Below the pieces are notes generated by a model. That model was not told the origin of the DNA, searched no databases, and was given only the letters and a program-made list of their open reading frames with translations. Both the position numbers and the translations under genes were made by a program. This document shows positions 34,597-43,387 of a stretch of DNA of 57,443 nucleotides, in pieces (positions within the stretch are counted from its first letter, which is position 1; the number at the start of each line of letters is the position of its first letter). Source of the stretch: an uncultured Candidatus Saccharibacteria bacterium. GTDB lineage: Bacteria > Patescibacteriota > Minisyncoccia > Minisyncoccales > GWA2-38-27. The DNA lies in NCBI GenBank assembly GCA_964557155.1, contig CAZKZC010000001.1, positions 1 to 57,443 on the forward strand, given 5' to 3'.

Positions 34597-34677
34597 TTGA
34601 CAGATTGTGTGGGTTTGGTAAGATTAAGGTATAAGAAAGCTAATGAATCATTGTCCGTTTGAAAACGGACACTTTTA
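34597..34677 (+). promoter_or_regulatory. nusA promoter plus leader terminator-like hairpin
   Basis: TTGACA (34597-34602), N5, TGTGGGTTTG, TAAGAT (34619-34624). Hairpin tgtccgtt-tgaa-aacggaca plus cttttatt (34652-34677) ends 9 nt before the ATG at 34686. Confidence 0.5.
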
Positions 34678-34685
34678 TTAAGATT

Positions 34686-35939
34686 ATGGATTTAAAGAAT
34701 TTTACATCGGCAATTGCTCAAATTGCAGAAGAAAAAGGCATTTCTAGCGAAAAAATAATTGAAAGTATTGAGACAGCTATTGCGGCTGCTTACAAAAAAG
34801 ATTATGGCGAGAAAGGCCAAATAATTAAAGGGAAGCTTGATCAAAAAACAGGTGCTGTTAAGTTTTGGCAAGTTAAAATAGTTGTTGACGACAAAATGAT
34901 TTATAGCGAAAAGGAGCTAGAAGAAATGGGTGAATCCACCTCCGCTTCTGAGGAAGCTTCGGCGGACAAAGTTAGATTTAATCCAGAAAAACATATTATG
35001 CTTGAAGATGCAATTCGCCAGCTGGCGAAAGAGAAGAAAACTATTAAAGCTGGAGAAGAATTAGAAATACCATTGACGGCTAAAAAAGATTATGGAAGAA
35101 TTGCTGCTCAAACAGCTAAGCAAGTTGTTTTGCAAAAGATTAGAGAAGCTGAAAGAGAGATGGTTTTAGAAGAATATAAGTCAAAAGAAGGAGACATTGC
35201 TTCAGGAATAGTTCAAAGAATAGAAGGAAGAAATGTCTATGTTGATATTGGCAAAACTCTGGGTCTTATGCCAAGAGAGGAACAGGTTTATGGAGAATTC
35301 TACAAAACAGGTCAAAGATTAAAATTCTATATCATGAAAGTTGACGAAACCCCAAGAGGTCCGATTGTTCTTCTTTCAAGAGCTTACCCCAAGTTGATTA
35401 GTAGATTATTTGAATTAGAAGTTCCAGAAATAGCTCAAGGGCAAGTTGAAATTAAAGCAATTGCTAGAGAAGCTGGGTCTCGTTCTAAAGTTGCCGTTGA
35501 ATCAAACGAAGATGGTATCGATCCAATTGGAAGTGCTGTTGGTCAACGAGGAACAAGAGTGATGGCTATTATTAATGAACTTGGAGGAGAAAAAATAGAC
35601 ATTATTGAATGGTCAGAGAACCCCGACGAATTTATAACCAATGCCTTATCTCCTGCTAAAGTTGAAGAAGTAAGAATTCTTCCAAAGAATAGAGCTCTTT
35701 GTATTGTTCCCGAAGATCAGCTATCATTGGCTATTGGCAAAGAAGGTCAAAATGTTAGATTAGCAGCTAAACTAACGGGATGGAAAATAGATGTTAGAAC
35801 TCCAGCTGATGCTGACGAAGCTGAAAAGAAACTTAAAGAAGAAGCCGGAGAAGAAATCGAGAAATCCTCCTCCGCTAAAGCTCCGGCGGACAAGGAAGAA
35901 AAACCTAAAAAAATTAAAAAAGAAACTAAAAAAGAATAA
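34686..35939 (+). CDS. nusA: Transcription termination/antitermination factor NusA
   Basis: N-terminal domain, S1 ([21 protein letters not shown]), two KH domains ([22 protein letters not shown]; [23 protein letters not shown]) and a Lys/Glu tail. Start at MDLKNF; the listed ORF begins at 34659. Confidence 0.92.
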   Translation: MDLKNFTSAIAQIAEEKGISSEKIIESIETAIAAAYKKDYGEKGQIIKGKLDQKTGAVKFWQVKIVVDDKMIYSEKELEEMGESTSASEEASADKVRFNPEKHIMLEDAIRQLAKEKKTIKAGEELEIPLTAKKDYGRIAAQTAKQVVLQKIREAEREMVLEEYKSKEGDIASGIVQRIEGRNVYVDIGKTLGLMPREEQVYGEFYKTGQRLKFYIMKVDETPRGPIVLLSRAYPKLISRLFELEVPEIAQGQVEIKAIAREAGSRSKVAVESNEDGIDPIGSAVGQRGTRVMAIINELGGEKIDIIEWSENPDEFITNALSPAKVEEVRILPKNRALCIVPEDQLSLAIGKEGQNVRLAAKLTGWKIDVRTPADADEAEKKLKEEAGEEIEKSSSAKAPADKEEKPKKIKKETKKE

Positions 35940-35940
35940 T

Positions 35941-37890
35941 ATGATTTATTCACCTATATATGTATCTATTCTGGCAATGCTTTTTGTCGCATATTTGATA
36001 AAAGGAATTAAAGACAAACCCTCGGGCTCAGAGAAAATGATTAGCATCTCTAAGGCTATTCAAGAAGGGGCAGTGGCTTACTTAAAAACACAATATAAGG
36101 CGGTTAGCATTGTTCTAGTGTTTTTATTTATTTTACTTTTAATAACTCTTGGTTTTACAGCAGCTGTTGGTTTCTTAATTGGAGCTGTTTTATCAGCTTT
36201 GTCTGGTTTTATTGGAATGATGGTGTCTACCAGGGCTAATGTGAAGGTTGCTCAAGCAGCTACCAAGGGATTAAAACCAGCCTTAGATTTATCTTTTAAG
36301 GGTGGATTAGTGACAGGACTTTTAGTAGTCAGCTTGGGACTATTGGCCGTGGCTGGTTTTTATTTTATTACAGAGGACTTAGCGGCTATGATTGCTTTAG
36401 GGTTTGGAGCTAGTTTAATTTCTGTTTTTGCCAGAGTCGGTGGTGGAATTTATACTAAGGCCGCTGATGTTGGAGCTGATTTAGTTGGCAAGGTTGAACA
36501 AGGTATTCCCGAAGATGATCCAAGAAATCCAGCTGTTATCGCCGATCAAGTTGGAGATAATGTTGGCGATTGTGCTGGAATGGCCGCTGATATATTTGAA
36601 ACCTATACGGTAACAATTATTGCAACAATGATTCTAGGAAGCTTAATCTTTCCTGGGAATCCTCAATTTATTGTTCTTCCATTATTCTTAGGAGCAGTTT
36701 CTATTATCGCCTCTATTATTGGTAGTTTCTTTGTTCGCCTAGGAAAGAATAAAAGTATTATGGGAGCACTATATAAAGGAATAATCGTTGCTGCCGTTCT
36801 TTCAGCTATTGGATTTTACCCACTGATTAATCAGGTTAAAACAGATGACACTAACAATCTTTACTTCTCTGCTTTGGTTGGGTTAGCGATTACTGCTGGA
36901 ATGTTTGTTGTTACAGAATATTACACTTCCAAAAAATACAATCCAGTTAAGAGTATTGCCGTTGCTTCTCAAACAGGTCATGCAACTAATATAATTACGG
37001 GGCTAGCTGTTGGATTAAGATCAACTGCTTTGCCAATTATTGTTATTTCAATCGGAATTGTCTTAAGCCATTGGTCGGCTGGAGTATATGGAATAGCTAT
37101 TGCTGTAATGGCTATGCTTTCAATGGCTGGAATTGCTGTTGCTGTTGATGCTTATGGCCCTATCACCGATAATGCTGGGGGTATTGCTGAAATGTCAGGA
37201 CTTCCAGAAGAAGTAAGAAAAGTTACCGACGAATTAGATTCAGTTGGCAATACGACTAAGGCGGTGACTAAGGCCTATGCTATTGCCTCGGCTGGTTTAG
37301 CGGCTTTGGTTCTGTTCTCGGCCTTCTCCCAAGAACTTATTGATAGAGGGGCTAAGGCAGAATTTCTTTTAGAAAATCCTAGAGTTATTGCCGGTTTATT
37401 TATTGGTGGTCTTCTTCCCTATTTATTTGCTTCCTTCGCTATGAATGCTGTTGGGAAAGCAGCTTCAAAAGTAGTTGAGGAGGTAAGATGTCAATTTAGA
37501 GAAAATATAACAGAATATGGTAAGTGTGTTGATATTGTTACCAAAGCCTCAATTAAAGAAATGATTATACCGGCCTTAATACCAGTTGTTGCTCCTATTT
37601 TAGTTGGCTTTATTCTCGGCCCAGAGGCCTTAGGCGGATTATTGATTGGAAGTATTGTTACCGGATTATTCGTTGCTTTATCAATGACAACAGGTGGAGC
37701 TGCCTGGGATAATGCCAAAAAGTATATTGAAGAAGGGGCTTATGGAGGCAAAGGATCGACGGCTCATCAAGCAGCTGTTACTGGAGATACTGTGGGAGAC
37801 CCGTATAAGGATACAGCGGGTCCGGCTATTAATCCAATGATCAAAGTTCTAAACATCGTCGCTTTATTAATTGTTGCTTTCTTAATTTAA
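35941..37890 (+). CDS. hppA: Membrane-bound ion-translocating pyrophosphatase
   Basis: [55 protein letters not shown]. The ATG at 35941 lies 1 nt after the nusA stop. The 50-codon upstream extension in the ORF track overlaps nusA. Confidence 0.93.
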   Translation: MIYSPIYVSILAMLFVAYLIKGIKDKPSGSEKMISISKAIQEGAVAYLKTQYKAVSIVLVFLFILLLITLGFTAAVGFLIGAVLSALSGFIGMMVSTRANVKVAQAATKGLKPALDLSFKGGLVTGLLVVSLGLLAVAGFYFITEDLAAMIALGFGASLISVFARVGGGIYTKAADVGADLVGKVEQGIPEDDPRNPAVIADQVGDNVGDCAGMAADIFETYTVTIIATMILGSLIFPGNPQFIVLPLFLGAVSIIASIIGSFFVRLGKNKSIMGALYKGIIVAAVLSAIGFYPLINQVKTDDTNNLYFSALVGLAITAGMFVVTEYYTSKKYNPVKSIAVASQTGHATNIITGLAVGLRSTALPIIVISIGIVLSHWSAGVYGIAIAVMAMLSMAGIAVAVDAYGPITDNAGGIAEMSGLPEEVRKVTDELDSVGNTTKAVTKAYAIASAGLAALVLFSAFSQELIDRGAKAEFLLENPRVIAGLFIGGLLPYLFASFAMNAVGKAASKVVEEVRCQFRENITEYGKCVDIVTKASIKEMIIPALIPVVAPILVGFILGPEALGGLLIGSIVTGLFVALSMTTGGAAWDNAKKYIEEGAYGGKGSTAHQAAVTGDTVGDPYKDTAGPAINPMIKVLNIVALLIVAFLI

Positions 37891-37891
37891 C

Positions 37892-39049
37892 ATGAAATTT
37901 GAAATAAAAAATCAAACAAGTACGGAGATTGAAATTGAAGTAGAAGTTAGCTCTGAAGAGCTTAGTTCTTTTATTGATAAGGCACTAAATAATCTTGGAA
38001 AGGATTTGGGAATAAAAGGATTTAGAAAAGGCAAAGCTCCTAAAAACATTGTTGAAGAACATTTTAGCTCGGAAGGGGTGTTAACAGAAGCGGCTGACTT
38101 AGCGGTTAATGAAACTTATAAAAAAGTAGTTCTTCAATTAGCGGAAGAAAACAATGTCCAGGCTATTTTCCATCCAAAGGTTGAGATAAAGAAATTAGCT
38201 AAAGGCAACGATCTTATTTATACTGCTAAAACAGCTATTTTTCCAAAAATAACATTGCCAGATTATAAAGACCTGGCCTCTAAGGTTAAGAGACTTGAAG
38301 TTAAAATTGATGACAAAGAGATAGAACAAGCTTTGGCCTGGCTTCAAAAAACAAGAGCCAAACTAACCTTAAAGAATGAGCCAGCTCAAAAAGGTGATTT
38401 TGTCCAAATAGAATATACTTTGGCCGATAAGCCGGGTTCAGATCCAATAAAAGATGGCTTTATTCTGGGCGAAGGTCGTTTACTTCCTGGTTTTGAAGAT
38501 AACTTAGTGGGCATGAAGGCCAACGATGAAAAGAAAGGAATTGATTTGGATAGTAATGGTAAAAAATTCATTGTTGATGTTAAAATGACCTCTGTCCAAA
38601 GCATGGAATTGCCCGAGATTAACGATGAGTTTGCTAAATCGGTGGGAAAATTTTCTGGACTTGATTCTTTGAAGAAAAGCGTAATAGAAGGGATTAGCGT
38701 AGAAAAGAAACAAGAAGAAATCCAAAGATTAAGAAGCGAAATTTTAGGAGCCATTGAGAAAGAAACAAAAATAGAATTACCAGATGTTTTGGTTGAAAAT
38801 GAACAAAGACAAATGTTAAAAAATATTAAAAATCAGATCAGTCAAAACCTAAAAATGTCTTTTGAGGATTATTTAACAAAAACGAAGAAAACAGAAGAAG
38901 AAATATTAGGATCTTTAAAGCCAGAATCTGAGAAGAAAATAAAAAGCTTCCTAATATTAAAAGAGATAGGAGAGAAAGAAGGAATTAAAGTTGCTGACGA
39001 AGAGTCAATTGAAAAAATATTAAAATTATTAGAGGATTTAGTAAAATGA
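37892..39049 (+). CDS. tig: Trigger factor
   Basis: N-terminal [13 protein letters not shown] ribosome-binding signature and an FKBP-like middle region (GDFVQIEY...[13 protein letters not shown]); 385 aa. Confidence 0.88.
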   Translation: MKFEIKNQTSTEIEIEVEVSSEELSSFIDKALNNLGKDLGIKGFRKGKAPKNIVEEHFSSEGVLTEAADLAVNETYKKVVLQLAEENNVQAIFHPKVEIKKLAKGNDLIYTAKTAIFPKITLPDYKDLASKVKRLEVKIDDKEIEQALAWLQKTRAKLTLKNEPAQKGDFVQIEYTLADKPGSDPIKDGFILGEGRLLPGFEDNLVGMKANDEKKGIDLDSNGKKFIVDVKMTSVQSMELPEINDEFAKSVGKFSGLDSLKKSVIEGISVEKKQEEIQRLRSEILGAIEKETKIELPDVLVENEQRQMLKNIKNQISQNLKMSFEDYLTKTKKTEEEILGSLKPESEKKIKSFLILKEIGEKEGIKVADEESIEKILKLLEDLVK

Positions 39050-39630
39050 TGATACCCAGCGTTTTAGAGAAAACAAGATACGGAGAAAGATCTTATGATA
39101 TATACTCTCGCCTATTAAAAGATAGGATTATCTTTTTGACTGGTCCAGTTACTGATATGAATGCTAATACTATAATTGCTCAATTATTATTTTTAGCTAG
39201 CAAAGATCACGAAAAAGAAATCCAGTTGTATATTAATACTCCTGGAGGATCAGTTACAGCTGGCCTAGCTATTTACGACACAATGCAATACATTAAATGC
39301 CCAGTGGCTACTATTTGTTTCGGGTTAGCTGGTTCAATGGGAGCAGTTTTATTGGCTTCTGGAGAAAAGGGCAAACGATTTGCTTTGCCCAACTCTGAGG
39401 TCTTGCTCCACCAGGTTGCTGGAGGAGCTCAAGGTCAGGCCTCTGAAATAGAGATAACGGCTAAGCAGATTATTAAAATCAAGAACAAGTTAAATAATAT
39501 CTTAGCCAAACACACAGGAAAACCTCTAGAAAAAATAGAAAATGATACCGATCGAGATTTCTATTTAACTGCTCAGGAAGCCAAAGAATATGGCATAATT
39601 GACCAAGTCATCTCTCCAAAGCAGGTATAA
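39046..39630 (+). CDS. clpP: ATP-dependent Clp protease proteolytic subunit
   Basis: [29 protein letters not shown] (Ser), LLHQVAGG (His). No clpX follows. Confidence 0.95.
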   Translation: MMIPSVLEKTRYGERSYDIYSRLLKDRIIFLTGPVTDMNANTIIAQLLFLASKDHEKEIQLYINTPGGSVTAGLAIYDTMQYIKCPVATICFGLAGSMGAVLLASGEKGKRFALPNSEVLLHQVAGGAQGQASEIEITAKQIIKIKNKLNNILAKHTGKPLEKIENDTDRDFYLTAQEAKEYGIIDQVISPKQV

Positions 39631-39640
39631 AATTAAAGTT

Positions 39641-39661
39641 TGCCGAAGTCGGACTTCTGCA
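39641..39661. repeat. GC-rich hairpin tgccGAAGTCGGACTTCtgca
   Basis: Exact reverse complement of 26196-26216. Located just after clpP. Confidence 0.85.
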
Positions 39662-39734
39662 AAAATATTGCAATTGTTTGGGATTTTTGGTATGATAAAT
39701 CTGTAATATTTATTAATTATGAATTTTAGAAATT

Positions 39735-41267
39735 ATGAATCCATTATTTTTATTGATCCCAATGGGCTTTATTGCGTTGGCAATAGGATCTGTCTTGGGA
39801 TATTTCGCACGTCAATCAATCGCTCGGAAAAGAGCAGACAAAATAGAAACCACTCTTCAAAAGAAGATTGCTCAGGTTAAAAAAGATGCCGAAGAGATAA
39901 CATTAAAGGCCAAGCAGAAAGCAGATCAGATTATCAAGGATGCTAGTCGGGATACAGAGGACCAAAGAAGAGATCTATTTAGTGCTCAAAAACTTATAAC
40001 AAATAGAGAGAGCACTTTAACTGAAAGAGTGTCGGTTTTAGATAAAAAAGAAGATGAATTTCGTCAAAGAGTAGAAAAATTAAAAGAAATAAAAACAAAT
40101 CTAGAAGACTTAAGAACAGAATCTATTAAGAAACTTGAAAGAGTTGCTAGGCTTTCAAAAGAAGAGGCCAAAAGAGAATTGCTCAAAAATCTTGAGCAAG
40201 AGTATCAGGTAGAGCTTTTGGGAAAGATGCAAAAATTAGAACAGTCTGGTTTTGAAAAATACGAAATGAGAGCCAAAGATATTTTAGCATCGGCTATTCA
40301 AAAGTTTGCCCTTTCTCAATCTCAAGAGCTCACTACAACAACTGTTTCTATCCCCTCGGACGATCTTAAAGGAAGAATAATTGGGAAAGAAGGACGGAAC
40401 ATCAGAACCTTAGAAAAACTTACTGGAGTGGAGATAGTTATTGACGAAACTCCAGAAGCAGTAATGATTTCAGGATTTGATCCCGTTAGAAGACAGATTG
40501 CTAAAATTGCTTTAGAGAGACTTATTCAGGATGGTAGAATACAGCCAGCTAGAATTGAAGAAATAGTTCATAAAGTAGAGTCGGAAATAGTTCAACAAGT
40601 AAAAGACGCTGGAGAAAGAGCTATTTATGAAACAGGAATAGTTGATTTAGATCCTAAGGTAGTTCAGCTTTTAGGAAGATTGCGTTTTAGAACTAGTTAC
40701 GGACAAAATGTATTGCTTCACTCTATAGAAGTCGCTTTTCTAGCCGAAGCAATAGCATCGGAGCTAGGGGCTAATGTTGCCGTAGCTAAAAAGGGAGGAT
40801 TACTACATGATATTGGTAAGGCAGTTGATCATCAAATCCAGGGCTCTCACACTGATATTGGAATAAGGATATTGGAGAAGTTTAATGTTGGTGATGATAT
40901 TATCGATGCTATGAAAGCTCATCACGAAGAACATCCAGCTGAAACCCTAGAAGCAGTTATTGTTCAAGTGGCTGACCAGATTTCAGGAGCCAGACCTGGG
41001 GCTAGAAAAGATAGCCTAGAGCATTATATCAAAAGATTACAGGAGCTTGAGTCGATCGCTGAAGGATTTAAAGGTGTTGATAAAGTTTATGCTATTCAGG
41101 CCGGGAGAGAGGTGAGAGTGTTTGTTAATCCAGAGGTAATAAACGATTATGATGCTAAAAAATTAAGCAGGGATATTGCTAACAAAATACAGGAAGAATT
41201 AAAGTATCCAGGCGAGATAAAAGTAACCGTTATCCGAGAAAATAGAATCGTTGAATACGCTCGCTAA
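39735..41267 (+). CDS. rny: Ribonuclease Y
   Basis: N-terminal TM helix, long coiled coil, KH (GRIIGKEGRNIRTLE), HD (LLHDIGKA); 510 aa. Confidence 0.93.
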   Translation: MNPLFLLIPMGFIALAIGSVLGYFARQSIARKRADKIETTLQKKIAQVKKDAEEITLKAKQKADQIIKDASRDTEDQRRDLFSAQKLITNRESTLTERVSVLDKKEDEFRQRVEKLKEIKTNLEDLRTESIKKLERVARLSKEEAKRELLKNLEQEYQVELLGKMQKLEQSGFEKYEMRAKDILASAIQKFALSQSQELTTTTVSIPSDDLKGRIIGKEGRNIRTLEKLTGVEIVIDETPEAVMISGFDPVRRQIAKIALERLIQDGRIQPARIEEIVHKVESEIVQQVKDAGERAIYETGIVDLDPKVVQLLGRLRFRTSYGQNVLLHSIEVAFLAEAIASELGANVAVAKKGGLLHDIGKAVDHQIQGSHTDIGIRILEKFNVGDDIIDAMKAHHEEHPAETLEAVIVQVADQISGARPGARKDSLEHYIKRLQELESIAEGFKGVDKVYAIQAGREVRVFVNPEVINDYDAKKLSRDIANKIQEELKYPGEIKVTVIRENRIVEYAR

Positions 41268-41278
41268 GCCAAATAAAA

Positions 41279-41307
41279 AATCCGCCGAAGTCCGACTTCG
41301 GCGGATT
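41279..41307. terminator. Bidirectional terminator of the AATCCGNC-N13-GNCGGATT family
   Basis: aatccgccgaagtccgacttcggcggatt with an A run before and a T run after, between convergent rny and ORF 41330-41716. Confidence 0.8.
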
Positions 41308-41329
41308 TTTATTTCACCTTAACGGCTGG

Positions 41330-41716
41330 CTACTTTCTGTATATTACATTGTACCATGCTATGTCGTTTTCATGCAACTTCTTATCGGTGTGAATATCGT
41401 GAAAAACTAATCCACCCAATACTCCTAAGAAGATAACTGGTATTGATCCAATAAATCCGAAGAAATAGGCACTTAAAATAACAGCACCTCCCATCAACCA
41501 GTGATGGATATGAATTTCCCAATCTTTTAGATTAAAAGCTACACATTTGACCCTCTTTGTTTTTATATATCTCTTGCAGAAAATCTCTGTGCTTATATAT
41601 CCAACAATTGCTCCAATAGCAAAAATCAATGATCCATATAGAGAAACCAACAAAGCAACTCCTGGAAACATGAATTTTTTATACTTCTTAATTCTCTCTC
41701 TTTGATTTTTCAGCAT
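41330..41716 (-). CDS. Small His-rich membrane protein (128 aa)
   Basis: Three hydrophobic helices and motifs HIHHW and FHDIH. No family recognised. Confidence 0.55.
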   Translation of the reverse strand: MLKNQRERIKKYKKFMFPGVALLVSLYGSLIFAIGAIVGYISTEIFCKRYIKTKRVKCVAFNLKDWEIHIHHWLMGGAVILSAYFFGFIGSIPVIFLGVLGGLVFHDIHTDKKLHENDIAWYNVIYRK

Positions 41717-41751
41717 ATATTATTCTTATTTTATTATAGCATGTAATTGCC

Positions 41752-41825
41752 TGGAGCGGGTAACGGGAATTGCACCCGTGCTAACTCCTTGGAAGGGAGT
41801 TGTACTGCTGCTATACTATACCCGC
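41752..41825 (-). tRNA. tRNA-Gly (UCC) with encoded CCA and non-canonical D and T loops
   Basis: Reverse complement GCGGGTA...TACCCGC-T-CCA, anticodon loop CTTCCAA. The T loop is TGCAATT instead of TTCRANN. The D loop AGCAGCA lacks GG. Confidence 0.8.
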
Positions 41826-41832
41826 TTGTTTG

Positions 41833-41904
41833 TCGGGGTACTGAGATTCGAACTCAGAATAAATCCTCCCAAAGGACTTGTGCTAGCCGTTACACTATAC
41901 CCCG
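41833..41904 (-). tRNA. tRNA-Pro (UGG)
   Basis: Reverse complement CGGGGTA...TACCCCG-A (C1-G72, A73), anticodon loop TTTGGGA, T arm CTGAG-TTCGAAT-CTCAG. Confidence 0.88.
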
Positions 41905-41952
41905 TTAATAATTAATATATCAAAAAAATCCCCAAAAGTCAATTACGACCCT

Positions 41953-41980
41953 TTGTAAAATTTCTTCTACGGGGTATAAT
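41953..41980 (+). promoter_or_regulatory. Promoter TTGTAA-16-TATAAT, 6 nt before ATG 41987
   Basis: ttgtaaaatttcttctacggggtataat: near-identical to 31197-31224. Confidence 0.6.
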
Positions 41981-41986
41981 GAACTA

Positions 41987-42931
41987 ATGACTTTAAAGAA
42001 GATTTTATATCAATTGAACATTGTTGAACAGTGCAAGAAAAGTGGGGTTTCTCTTTGGCAGTGCCCTCAGTTTTTGTTTGTGTTAATGGGCATCGTTATC
42101 CTTATTACGATTTCTCTCGCTTATTTAATTGGGGCTAGGTTTATTGATAATCCTGAATTAGTGGCTATTATTGTTATGATAATTACTGGCATCTTGCTCG
42201 TCATCTCCTTTATCATAACAAGAAGCTTTGAAAGATTATCCGAGGTCTCAAAATTAAAATCAGAATTTATTAATATAGTATCTCATCAACTAAGATCCCC
42301 TCTTACTAATATTAAGTGGACATTTGAGGTCTTATCTTCCCAGGAATTTGCTGTTAAGCCAGAAAAAAAAGAAGAATATTACATTAATGTAAAAGAAAAT
42401 ATAGCTAGAATGGTGGAATTAGTTGACGATTTGCTTGTGGTATCTAAAATAGAAGAAGGAGCCCTTACTTTACATAAAAAAGAAATTGATTTAGGTCAAT
42501 TAATAAACGAATTGGTCTCAAGATACAAAGTATTTGCTAAAGCTTCTGATATAGATTTGATTTTCACGCCTGACAAAAATATTCACGATGTTATGGTTGA
42601 TCCTTCAATGCTCAAGATTTTAGTAGAAAACTTGATAGATAACGCTATTCGCTACACTAAAGGGGGTGGGAAGATAGAAGTTAAATTTAAAAAACAGGGG
42701 AAAGAAATACTATTTTCTGTAAAAGACGAAGGAGTTGGAATACCAGAAAAAGAAAAAATATTTATTTTCCAAAAATTCTTCAGAGCTGAAAATGCTCTTA
42801 AAACAAGAACAAGAGGTAGCGGATTAGGGTTATATGTTTGCAAGTCAATTGTTAACGAATCAAAAGGTAAGATTTGGTTTGATTCTCAAGAGGGCAAAGG
42901 AACAACATTTTATTTTACAATACCAATATAA
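41987..42931 (+). CDS. Sensor histidine kinase (two TM helices)
   Basis: H box VSHQLRSPLTNI, N box DNAIRYT, G boxes DEGVGI and GSGLGL. Confidence 0.9.
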   Translation: MTLKKILYQLNIVEQCKKSGVSLWQCPQFLFVLMGIVILITISLAYLIGARFIDNPELVAIIVMIITGILLVISFIITRSFERLSEVSKLKSEFINIVSHQLRSPLTNIKWTFEVLSSQEFAVKPEKKEEYYINVKENIARMVELVDDLLVVSKIEEGALTLHKKEIDLGQLINELVSRYKVFAKASDIDLIFTPDKNIHDVMVDPSMLKILVENLIDNAIRYTKGGGKIEVKFKKQGKEILFSVKDEGVGIPEKEKIFIFQKFFRAENALKTRTRGSGLGLYVCKSIVNESKGKIWFDSQEGKGTTFYFTIPI

Positions 42932-43017
42932 CTAACACGACACCAATACACGAATTAACACCAATGACACGAATTTCGTAACATTGGTGACCATTAGTGT
43001 GTTGGTGGCGAGTATTT

Positions 43018-43383
43018 ATGAAAAAGATATTATTTATAGAAGACGAGGCTGCCCTTCAAGAAGCCTTTAGTGGTTTTTTAATGTCAGCTGGTTACAAGGT
43101 AATTAGCGCTTTAGATGGAGAAATAGGATCAAGATTAGCTAAAGATGAAAAGCCAGACTTAATTTTATTAGATCTTATTTTGCCTAAAATGAATGGCTTT
43201 GAAGTTCTAAAAAAGTTAAAAGGAGAAGACAAGACAAAAGATATACCTGTTATTATTTTAACCAACATGGAAAATATAGACGATATAAACAAAGCGATTA
43301 ATTTAGGAGCTAAGACATATTTAGTTAAAACAGAATATGAATTGGGAGAGGTTATCGAAAAAATTAAAAAAATCATAGAATAG
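43018..43383 (+). CDS. Single-domain response regulator (receiver only)
   Basis: MKKILFIEDE, DLILLDLILP, ILTNM. The listed ORF starts at 42997. Confidence 0.88.
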   Translation: MKKILFIEDEAALQEAFSGFLMSAGYKVISALDGEIGSRLAKDEKPDLILLDLILPKMNGFEVLKKLKGEDKTKDIPVIILTNMENIDDINKAINLGAKTYLVKTEYELGEVIEKIKKIIE

Positions 43384-43387
43384 AACC

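Noticed and set aside
35791-35940. 50-codon N-terminal extension of the pyrophosphatase ORF
   Set aside because: It overlaps the Lys/Glu-rich tail of nusA in another frame. The ATG at 35941 gives the normal hydrophobic N-terminus immediately after the nusA stop.
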